Assembly: GCA_015056325.1 (NCBI GenBank)
Contig: SVGL01000003.1
Location: 82,927-146,926, forward strand
Direction of reading: 5' to 3'
Source: Clostridiales bacterium
GTDB lineage: Bacteria; Bacillota; Clostridia; Christensenellales; Aristaeellaceae
Length of the DNA stretch: 64,000 bases
A program made the translations under genes and the position numbers. The notes beneath the pieces were generated by a model. It searched no databases. It saw nothing but the letters and a program-made list of their open reading frames with translations, and was not told the DNA's origin. Shown here one piece after another: positions 53,439 through 61,700 of the stretch. The stretch's first letter is position 1; every line of letters begins with the position of its first letter.

Positions 53439-55302
53439 TGCCTTCACCACCTTCCTCGTGGTCTTCATGGAGCTGCTTTTCCAGCTGCTGCTTGTCAAAC
53501 AGGGACTTGTACAGGCCTTCGTTCTTCAGCAGCTCCTCATGGGTGCCGTATTCAGCCACCTTGCCGTCGGAGAGCACCAGGATGTGATCCGCGTCCTGAA
53601 TGGTGGAGATGCGGTGGGCGACGATGATGGTCGTCCTTTCAGCAGACCTCACGGACTTCAAATTGTCCAGGATCTTGCGCTCGGTGTCGGTGTCCACGGC
53701 GGAGAGGGCGTCGTCCAGGATGAGGATGGGGGAGTCCTTCATCAATGCGCGGGCGATGGAAGAGCGCTGCTTCTGTCCGCCGGAGAGGGTGACGCCGCGC
53801 TCGCCCACGACGGTGGCATACTGCTCGGGGAAGGCTGCGATGTTGTCGTGGATGCAGGCCAGCTCCGCTGCGTGGATGACAGATTCGATGGTCTTGTCAG
53901 CAGAGCCGTTGAGGTCAGGCTTTGCCTGACTAGCGGGATGCTTTGCTTGCAATGCGCCCGCGTAGCTCTCGGCAGACTTGCTCTGACGAGAGCCGAATGC
54001 GATATTGTTCTGCAGCGTGTCGGAGAAGAGGAAGTTGTCCTGGGGGACGCAGGCGATATTCTCACGCAGCACGCCCAGGGGGATGGACTTCAAATCATGG
54101 CCGTCGATGGTGATCATGCCGTCCGCGACGTCGTAGAGGCGCACCAGCAAACTCGGCACCGTGGACTTGCCAGATCCGGTTCTTCCCAGGATGGCCAGGG
54201 TCTCGCCGGGCCTGACGGTCACGGAGACATCATCCAGCACCGTTACCTCCGGCATGTCCGGGTAGGCGAAGGTCAGGTGGTTCAGGCGGATCTCGCCCTT
54301 GAGGCTGGTCACGTCATGGTTGGTCTGCGCGCCGTCCACGATCTCGGGCTCCTCCTCAAAGATGTGGTGGATGCGCCCCAGGGACGCCAGGCCCTGACTG
54401 ATCGACGTGATGCACTCGCCCACGGCCATCATCGGCCAGACCAGCATGCCCACATAGCTGTTGAAGGCCACAAACTGACCCACCGTGATCTCCCCGTGGA
54501 TGGCCAGGTATCCGCCGTAGAGCAGCGTCAGCAGCGTGGAGGTACCGATGATCAGGTCCATCACGGGCATCATCAGCGCGTGCAGACGCACCACGTTCAG
54601 GTTCTTTTCCTTGGCGTTGCCGGCGGAGGCTGCGAAGGCGTAGAGCTCCTTGCGCTCCTGCACGAAGGCCTTGATCACCCGGATGCCGCTGATGGACTCC
54701 TGCACCTGGTCAGTGAGGGAGGAGAAGGCCTCCTGGCGCGCCTTGAAGCGCTTGTGCATGATCTTGCCGTAGAAGAAGTCGCCCACGGTAATGATCAGCA
54801 GGGGGATGATGGCCACCACCGTCAGCTTGGGGCTGACATACTGGATCATGTTCAGCAGCACCAGCACCAGCATGACCGTTGCGTCAAAGGCGGTGATGAC
54901 CGTCATGCCCAGGAGCTGCCGCACACTCATCAGGTCATTGGTGAAGTGGGCCATCAGGTCGCCGGTCTTGTGCTGGTTGAAGTAGCGCATGGAGAGCTTC
55001 GACAGGTGACCGTACATGTCTCCGCGGACCTCGCGCTCAATGCTTCTCGCTGCGCCGAAGATGAAGAAGCGCCACCCGAACCGTCCCAGGGCGATGGCGA
55101 GGCCCATCCCGGCGATCATCCACACGATCTTCATCGCGCCCTGCATATCCAGGCTGCCGCCCTCCAGGCCGTCGATGATCCGCCCGGTGAACTCAGGCAC
55201 ATACACATTCACCCAGTCCACCATGTACAGCGCCGCGATGCCCAGCACGTACTGCCACCAGTGCCGCGCGATGTAGCGGAGCGCAAACTTGAATTGCTTC
55301 AT
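53431..55302 (-). CDS. ABC exporter, fused TMD-NBD half transporter (heterodimer partner 1)
   Basis: GGAGGAAAG RBS, Walker A GRTGSGKST, signature LSGGQKQRSSIARAL and Walker B ILILDDALS. It carries an unusual ~30-aa insert between the Q-loop region and the signature motif. Confidence 0.88.
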   Translation of the reverse strand: MKQFKFALRYIARHWWQYVLGIAALYMVDWVNVYVPEFTGRIIDGLEGGSLDMQGAMKIVWMIAGMGLAIALGRFGWRFFIFGAARSIEREVRGDMYGHLSKLSMRYFNQHKTGDLMAHFTNDLMSVRQLLGMTVITAFDATVMLVLVLLNMIQYVSPKLTVVAIIPLLIITVGDFFYGKIMHKRFKARQEAFSSLTDQVQESISGIRVIKAFVQERKELYAFAASAGNAKEKNLNVVRLHALMMPVMDLIIGTSTLLTLLYGGYLAIHGEITVGQFVAFNSYVGMLVWPMMAVGECITSISQGLASLGRIHHIFEEEPEIVDGAQTNHDVTSLKGEIRLNHLTFAYPDMPEVTVLDDVSVTVRPGETLAILGRTGSGKSTVPSLLVRLYDVADGMITIDGHDLKSIPLGVLRENIACVPQDNFLFSDTLQNNIAFGSRQSKSAESYAGALQAKHPASQAKPDLNGSADKTIESVIHAAELACIHDNIAAFPEQYATVVGERGVTLSGGQKQRSSIARALMKDSPILILDDALSAVDTDTERKILDNLKSVRSAERTTIIVAHRISTIQDADHILVLSDGKVAEYGTHEELLKNEGLYKSLFDKQQLEKQLHEDHEEGGEGNV

Positions 55303-55403
55303 ACACTTTCCTCCGTAACGAGATGCATATCCTCATCAGTATAGCACACCTTTTCGGATTTTCATAGCGAAAAGAGGGGATTTGGTTTGTACTTGTTGTG
55401 TAT

Positions 55404-55446
55404 GGGGTCTTCGACCCTTTTATCGCGATTGAGTTGGTCTGTTCCC
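55404..55446 (+). repeat. Family-1 repeat, truncated copy C
   Basis: GGGGTCTTCGACCC, TTTTAT, CGCGATTGAGTTG, then GTCTGTTCCC. It matches the first part of copy A with an internal deletion. Confidence 0.6.
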
Positions 55447-55448
55447 TT

Positions 55449-55595
55449 GCAGATCAGATCTGTTCAGGTCTTTATCAGGTCTTTATCAGATCTGTTCAGG
55501 TCTTGATCAGATCGGGGGAAGGATGTGCTTCAATCCAACCTTCGATTTGCTTTGGAGGGAGATCTGTACCTGGAGGATCTGCAGATCTGATCTGC
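55449..55595. repeat. GATC-rich block: 21-bp direct repeats plus a 14-bp perfect inverted repeat
   Basis: ATCAGATCTGTTCAGGTCTT(T/G) occurs at 55453-55473 and 55485-55505, with the partial ATCAGGTCTTT at 55474-55484. GCAGATCAGATCTG (55449-55462) is the reverse complement of CAGATCTGATCTGC (55582-55595). There are 10 GATC sites in 172 bp. Confidence 0.8.
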
Positions 55596-55702
55596 CCCCC
55601 TTACCCCCCATCCACGGGGGATCATGATGGTATTATAGCACATATGTTCGCGTTTGTCAACGGGTTTTACGAAATTATGCGAACAAAAGTTTGTGTTCCC
55701 CC

Positions 55703-55731
55703 TTGACAAAACGAACAGAGTATGCTATAAT
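55703..55731 (+). promoter_or_regulatory. Consensus sigma-70 promoter of the CHC2 zinc-finger gene
   Basis: TTGACA, exactly 17 nt, TATAAT. Confidence 0.7.
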
Positions 55732-55745
55732 GGGTCTCACGAACA

Positions 55746-55759
55746 CGAACAGATGTTCT
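55746..55759 (+). promoter_or_regulatory. LexA (Cheo/DinR-type) SOS box overlapping the transcription start region
   Basis: CGAACAGATGTTCT fits the Firmicute LexA consensus CGAAC-N4-GTTCN exactly in both half-sites. Two near-boxes lie upstream: CGAACAAAAGTTTG (55680-55693) and AGCACATATGTTCG (55638-55651). Confidence 0.6.
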
Positions 55760-55776
55760 GAAAGGAAAGGAGCAGC

Positions 55777-56490
55777 ATGACGGTATTCGAAGCGGTAAAG
55801 CAGATCAGCTGCAACGATGCGGCGGAGCGTCTGGGCCTTCGCGGCAAGCGCACCAGCGCGACCCAGGGCCGTTGGCGCTGCCCCTTCCACGATGACCACC
55901 ACCCCAGCATGGCCTGCTATGACAGCACCAACCGCTTCTACTGCTTCACCTGCCACGCCTCCGGCGACGCTGCCAACCTGTTCGCGAGGGTTCGCGGTCT
56001 GTCCCCGGTGGAGGCTGCCAAGGCGGCCCTGACGGAGTTCGGGCTGGAGATCCCCGGGGGGTGCGATCGTCCCCGGAGAGATGAAGTGATCATCCGCCAG
56101 GACGTGGTGAAGCGCTGTGCGGGTCTGATCCGGGAGGAGTACCGCGAGGGGATGGCGCTGCTGCTCTCGGCCCAGGCGGAGGGGATGACCGCGGCCATGG
56201 AAAAGGCGCCCGACACGGAGGGCTGGCTCTGGGGCCACGCGCTGCAAAGGGCCTGCAGGGTACAGGAGGAGTCCGCCCGGTGGCAGGGTATGGCCGATGA
56301 GGATGTGCAGCAGGAGATCACCCAGGCGCTCAAAGCCGGGAATCCGCCCCACTGGGGCGAGGGTCTGCCCGCGCCGGGCCGGGTGCTGTTCAGAGCCATC
56401 ATGGACGACCTGGAACGCCGCAGCGGCACCTTCCCTAAGCTGAACCTGAGTGAGCAGAAAGCCGTGCTGAATATGCTGTGCGCGGCATAG
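55777..56490 (+). CDS. CHC2 (DnaG/primase-type) zinc-finger protein without a TOPRIM domain
   Basis: AAAGGAAAGGAG RBS. Zinc-finger motif CPFHDDHHPSMACYDSTNRFYCFTCHASGD. The C-terminal 150 aa are not recognised. Confidence 0.8.
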   Translation: MTVFEAVKQISCNDAAERLGLRGKRTSATQGRWRCPFHDDHHPSMACYDSTNRFYCFTCHASGDAANLFARVRGLSPVEAAKAALTEFGLEIPGGCDRPRRDEVIIRQDVVKRCAGLIREEYREGMALLLSAQAEGMTAAMEKAPDTEGWLWGHALQRACRVQEESARWQGMADEDVQQEITQALKAGNPPHWGEGLPAPGRVLFRAIMDDLERRSGTFPKLNLSEQKAVLNMLCAA

Positions 56491-56497
56491 AAAAAGA

Positions 56498-56510
56498 GGG
56501 TCGAAGACCC
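56498..56510. repeat. Family-1 hairpin-only copy (GGGTC-GAA-GACCC)
   Basis: 7 nt after the TAG of the CHC2 gene. Confidence 0.55.
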
Positions 56511-56533
56511 CCGCAACGAGGAGTGCTAAAAGC

Positions 56534-56564
56534 AAAAAAGCCAGGAGGTTTGCACCCTCCCAGC
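56534..56564 (-). terminator. Rho-independent terminator of the SGNH hydrolase gene
   Basis: The minus strand reads CTGGGAGG-gtgcaaa-CCTCCTGG (two G-U pairs) followed by CTTTTTT. Confidence 0.55.
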
Positions 56565-56595
56565 ACCTTGAAAACTGGATATGGTTTGAGTTTGA

Positions 56596-57264
56596 TTACC
56601 GAAGGATCTCCGCCTTCACCGCCGGCCAGATGGCCCGGTAGCCTGCCTCGAAGATGTGCATGCCCTCGATGGTGAAGTCCGCGCGGAGACGGCCCTGATC
56701 ATCCATGAGCGGCGCGTTGACGTCGATGAAGCGGTGTCCGAGGCGGTCCGCCAGGGCTTGCACGGCGGCGTTGGCCTCCCGGATGCGCCCGTTGGTGCGG
56801 ATGCGAAGATTGGCCCGCATGCCCTCGTCCACGGCCGCGTCGTAGTTGATGGGATAGTAGGCCATGAGGGTGATCTCCACCGAAGGCACGGCCGCCGTGA
56901 TGCGGGTGAGGATCTGCTCGTAGCGGCCCATCAGCGCGTCGATGGTGACGGATGCGTCGGACAGATCATTGGTGCCGATATTGATGAAGACTCTGCGGGG
57001 CTGGAGGCTGATGACCATCTCGTCCAGGCAGATGAGCATGTCCTGGGTCGTGAAGCCGCCCACGCCGCGGTTGTACACGATGGGGAAGTTTGCTCCCTCC
57101 TCGCGGGAGAATTGCTCCACCGGGAACATCTCCATCAGCGACGAGCCGGTGAAGACGATTTGCCCCTTGCGGCAGCTGCGGTTGAGGGTCTGCCAGGATT
57201 CCACCATCTGGTACTTGGCCTTCTTCCAGTCGGGGAGATTCTGGGGGATGGTCAGCATAGTCAC
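56596..57264 (-). CDS. SGNH/GDSL-family hydrolase
   Basis: Blocks IVFTGSSLME (block I Ser), NRGVGGFT (block II) and INIGTNDL (block III). AAGGAGGAG RBS. Confidence 0.85.
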   Translation of the reverse strand: MTMLTIPQNLPDWKKAKYQMVESWQTLNRSCRKGQIVFTGSSLMEMFPVEQFSREEGANFPIVYNRGVGGFTTQDMLICLDEMVISLQPRRVFINIGTNDLSDASVTIDALMGRYEQILTRITAAVPSVEITLMAYYPINYDAAVDEGMRANLRIRTNGRIREANAAVQALADRLGHRFIDVNAPLMDDQGRLRADFTIEGMHIFEAGYRAIWPAVKAEILR

Positions 57265-57291
57265 TCCTCCTTGGGGAAAGACGAGCGGATA

Positions 57292-57405
57292 GCCCGCGCG
57301 ATGAGCGCGCGGACAGTGGACACGGCGAAAGACCCAAGCAGCACGCAGCAGGTCTATGATATGGGGGATCAGCTGGATTGCGAGCCGGGTGCAGCGTCAC
57401 GCTGC
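57292..57405 (-). repeat. Family-1 structured repeat, copy E (overlaps the 3' end of rlmD)
   Basis: Distal GCCCGCGCGATGAGCGCGCGGAC, a central ...CCCAAGCAGCACGC... block and the proximal hairpin GCAGCG-TCA-CGCTGC at 57391-57405. Colinear with copy D. Confidence 0.7.
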
Positions 57406-58616
57406 AACAGCATCACGCACTCGCAGTGCTCCGTGTGGGGGAACATGTCCACAGGAACAGCCTTGACGGCGGTGTAGTGGCCCTTCACCAGGAACCTGGC
57501 GTCCCTTGCGAGGGTTTCGGGGTTGCAGGAGACGTAGACGATGGTCTTGGGGCCGCTGGTCAGGACAGAGCGCAGGAATCGCTCGTCCGAGCCGGAACGG
57601 GGCGGGTCCATGATGAGCACGTCGGGGGTGCGGCCCTCCTTTGCGAGCCTGACCATGAAGCGGCCAGCGTCCTCGCAGATGAAGTCCGCATTGGTGACGC
57701 GGTTGAGCTTGGCATTGACCTTGGCGTCCCGCACGGCGTCAGCGTTGAGCTCCACGCCGATGAGGCGCTGCACCCTGTCCGACGCGCAAAGGCCGATGGT
57801 GCCCGTGCCGCAGTAGGCGTCCAGGAGGGTCTCCTTGCCGGTGAGGTTTGCAAGGTCGATGGCGGTCTGGTACAGCACTTCAGTCTGCCTTGCGTTGACC
57901 TGATAGAAGCTCTGCGGACTGATGCGGAAGCGCTTGCCCAGCAGCTCGTCCTCCATATAGCCGGGGCCGAAGAGGGCATAATCGCGGCTGCCGAGGACCA
58001 TGGACGTCTCCTTCTGGTTGACGTTGAGGACGACGGTGGTGATCTCGGGATGCTTCTCCGTCAGCTCCGCGACGAAGGCCTTGCCCCCGGGGAACTCGCT
58101 GGCCGTGGCCACGAGGATGACCATGATCTGCCCCGTATGATGCCCGGTGCGCACCATGACATGCCGCAGGAAGCCACGATGGGTGTTCTCGTTGTAGATG
58201 CGCAGCTTGTACCGGGGGATCATGCCCACGATGGTCTGGATGATGCGGTCAGCGCGCGGGTCCTCAATGAGGCAGCCCTGCACGGGCACGACGCGGTGCG
58301 TCCCCCGCTGATACACGCCGGACACGGGCTGCTTGGTCTTGAAGTCGGTGCCGATGACGGCATGCACCTTGCTGCGGTAGTGCCAGGGGTCGGACATGCC
58401 GAGGATGGGCTCCACCTTGCAGATGCCGGAAAGCAGCTTCTCCACCGCGGATTGCTTGCGCTTCAGCTGCTCCCCGTAGGGGATGTGCACCTGGGTGCAG
58501 CCGCCGCAGCGGGAGGAGAACTCGCAGGGGGTCTTCGACCCATTTTCATTGGACACGGATCCCTTGGTGGTAGGCTTCTGAGGAACAGGCCTGGGCCTGG
58601 GTTTGCGGTCAGTCAT
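57369..58616 (-). CDS. rlmD: 23S rRNA (uracil-C5)-methyltransferase, RumA/RlmD (TrmA family)
   Basis: Track ORF trimmed to MTDRKPRP (GAAGGAG RBS). Fe-S Cys cluster CEFSSRCGGC, SAM motif LLDAYCGTGTIGL, DPPRSG, and catalytic Cys in YVSCNP. Confidence 0.88.
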   Translation of the reverse strand: MTDRKPRPRPVPQKPTTKGSVSNENGSKTPCEFSSRCGGCTQVHIPYGEQLKRKQSAVEKLLSGICKVEPILGMSDPWHYRSKVHAVIGTDFKTKQPVSGVYQRGTHRVVPVQGCLIEDPRADRIIQTIVGMIPRYKLRIYNENTHRGFLRHVMVRTGHHTGQIMVILVATASEFPGGKAFVAELTEKHPEITTVVLNVNQKETSMVLGSRDYALFGPGYMEDELLGKRFRISPQSFYQVNARQTEVLYQTAIDLANLTGKETLLDAYCGTGTIGLCASDRVQRLIGVELNADAVRDAKVNAKLNRVTNADFICEDAGRFMVRLAKEGRTPDVLIMDPPRSGSDERFLRSVLTSGPKTIVYVSCNPETLARDARFLVKGHYTAVKAVPVDMFPHTEHCECVMLLQRDAAPGSQSS

Positions 58617-58747
58617 GGTGAGCTCCTTCAAAGACAAACAGATTGTGCCGAAGGTTTCCAAAGGGCGATCGGAAAGCCCTTTGGTCGCCTCCGCAGAGGC
58701 GAAACCCTGGTTTGATGATAACACGGTTGTCGAGTGGAGTCAATGTG

Positions 58748-58756
58748 TGGTATAAT
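58748..58756 (+). promoter_or_regulatory. Extended -10 promoter element upstream of addB
   Basis: TGGTATAAT (TGnTATAAT) lies 32 nt upstream of the ATG at 58789. Confidence 0.5.
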
Positions 58757-58788
58757 GGGTATAAGAAATTTTGAAGGGAGGGGCATGC

Positions 58789-61700
58789 ATGCAAGTGAAG
58801 ATCATCGGCGGACGGGCCGGAAGGCTGCTGCCCCATATCCTGCCGCAGATTGACAGGGCGCGCAAGGCGGGCACGCGGGTGATCCTGCTGGTGCCGGAGC
58901 AGTACACGCTGCAGGCGGAGCGGGAGATCATCGCAGGTCTGAATCTGCCGGGCCTGCTGGACATCGAAGTCCTGTCTCCCCGCAGGCTGACGCGGCGCAT
59001 CCGCGAGAGCGGCGGACGCTCCCCCCTGGCCCCGCTGGACGCAAGTGGCAGGAGCATGGCCATCGCCCAGGCGCTGACTGCGAGCCAGGATGAATTGGCC
59101 TACTACAAGCGGGTGGCGCTGACGCCGGGACTTCCGGACAAAATGAGCGTCCTGATGGCGGACATGCAGCGTGCAGGCCTGACCCCGGAGGCCCTCTCCG
59201 CCCATGCGGAAGCCCTGAAGCCCGGCGCGCTGAAGGCCAAGGAAAGCGATGTGGCCAAGGTCTGGAGCGCCTACCTGGACGTGATCGAAGGCCGCTTTGC
59301 CGACGAGACCATGCAGCAGCAGGATATCCGGGGCAGGCTGATCCCCTCAGGGGTCATGCAGGACGCAGCGGTGTTCGTGTACGGCTTCGACGTGCTGCCG
59401 GGGCCGATGGTGGAGCTGCTGACGGAGTCTGCGAAGGTGTGCGAAAGCCTCACCGTCACCATGACCATGGACGCTGCCGACGCCCCCGACGGGCGGATCT
59501 TCCTCACCCAGCGATCAAGCGCAGCGCAGCTGATGAAGCGCCTGCAGGAGGCGGAAATCCCGGTGGAATGGCGGTATCTGCCCATCAGGGAGGAAGGTCT
59601 GACCGCCCTTGAATACCTGGAAAAGAACCTGTTCAATCGCCAGGCGGAGCCGTTCGGCGGGTCTTGCGAGGGCATTGCGATCCACGCAGCAGCCACGCCC
59701 TACGCTGAGGCCGCCCACATCGCAAAATGTCTGAAAGCCTGGCATGAAGCGGGGATCCCCTGGCAGCGCATGGCCGTCGCCATGGCGGATGAAAGCGGCA
59801 TGTCCGGGATCCTCGCCACGACGCTAAGCGCGGCTGGCGTGCCCCACTACATCGCCCGCAAGGATAGTGCCCTCCGCCACGGCCTCGTGCGGATGCTGCT
59901 GGGCGCCCTGCGCGCCGCCACCGGCGGATATGCCACGCCGGACGTGCTCCACATGATGAAGAGCGGCTTCAGCCCCCTGACGATGGACGAGGCCCACTTC
60001 CTGGAGAACTACGCGCTGGAAAACGGCATTGACCATGGTCGCTGGCGCAAGGCCTTCACCCGCGGTGACAAGGCCGATCTGGCGGAAAGTCTGCGTGTGC
60101 GGCTCATTGCCCCGGTGGAAAGTCTGCACGACCGGCTGAAGGATGCGAAGTCTGCCGCCCAGTCCGTGGAGGCGGTGTTCCGCCTGCTGGAGGACGTGAA
60201 TGCCTACCAGACCCTGCTGCACCGCGAAGAGGAGCTGCTCCGCCGGAACATGGGCGCTGAGGCGGCCTCCAACCGGCAGGTGTGGCAGATGGTGATGGAC
60301 CTGCTGGATCAGCTCCATGCCCTCCTGGGTGAAAGGCGCGCCAGCATGAAGGACATCGCCAGGTTTGTGACCAGCGGCCTCACCGGCGCGAGCATTGCCA
60401 GTCTGCCGCCCCAGCCGGAGGCGGTCATGATCGGCGAGGCGGGGCACCTGCTCACCGGGCGCATCGACGCTTTAGTGCTCTGCGGCATGCAGGACGGCGC
60501 GATGGGATCCAGCCAGGACAGTCTGCTGACCGAGGTGGAACGCCGGGCTCTCTCCGAGGGTCATGAGCGCCCCATCGGCCTGACAAGGCAGGAAACGGCG
60601 GCCCTGCGCCAGTCTGACTTCTACCGCACCATCGCCCTGCCCCAGAGGCAGCTGCTGATCACCTTCGCCCAGGGCAGCCAGGACGGCACGGCCCTGCGTC
60701 CGGCCAGTCTGGTGGAGGATGTGCGCAGCCTGTTCCCGGATCTCACGGTGAGTGGCGGCGTCACGGCGGACGGCAGCGATGATCTGCCCCTGTCGCCCCA
60801 GCTGGCGCTGGACGCGCTGGCCCCGCGGCTGCGTGCCCTGAGCGATGGCCTCACGGATGCGCTGGAGCCCGCCTGGGCGAATGCTTTGCGGTGGCTGTGG
60901 CAGTCTGAAACCTGGCATGAGCGCACGAAGCAGGTGCTGAACGCGGCGGTGGCGGGGAGCCCTGATGGGCGTCTTCCCCTGGAAATGACCCGAAGGGTCT
61001 TTACGCAGGACACGGTGTCCATCAGTCGGCTGGAGAAGTTTGCCAGCTGCCCCTATCAGCACTTTGTGGACTACGGCCTCAAGCCCGTGGAGCGGGAAGC
61101 CTGGGCCTTTGAGGCGGACGACGCGGGCGAGTTCTACCACGCGGCATTGCAGGGGTTTGCCCATGCGGCGCTGAATCACCCGAACTGGCCCGACCTGCCG
61201 GAGGAGGAGATCGACGCCCTGATGGAGGAAGTCCTGGCTCCCCTGACCGCCCAGTGGCAGGACGGCCCCCTGACCGACACCCCGGCCATGAAGCTCCAGG
61301 GGGAAAAGTACGTCCGCACGGTGAAGCGCGCAGCCTGGCTGTTCACGAGGCATGCCAGAGCCAGCCGCTTCCGCACCGTCGGCGAGGAGGTCGAGTTTGG
61401 CACGGAGGGCGGTCTGCCGCCGGTGGTGCTGACGCTGAAGGACGGCCGCCGCATCGCATTGCGGGGCAAGATCGACCGCATTGACCGCTGGGACGGCGAC
61501 GACGGCATGTACCTGCGGGTCATCGACTACAAGTCTGCCCGTAAGGACATCGACCCCACCCGGCTCTACCATGGCCTGCAGCTGCAGCTGATGCTCTACC
61601 TCCAGGCGGCGGCCCAGGGGATGCAGGGCAATGCGGCAGGCGCGTTCTACTTCCGGGTGAACGATCCCCTGGTGGAAGCCGAGGACGTGAAGTCCGCCGC

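Noticed and set aside
55453-55514. Possible CRISPR array
   Set aside because: There are only two full 21-bp units plus partial units, directly abutting with no spacers. No cas genes or leader are present. It fits an iteron/MITE-type repeat better.
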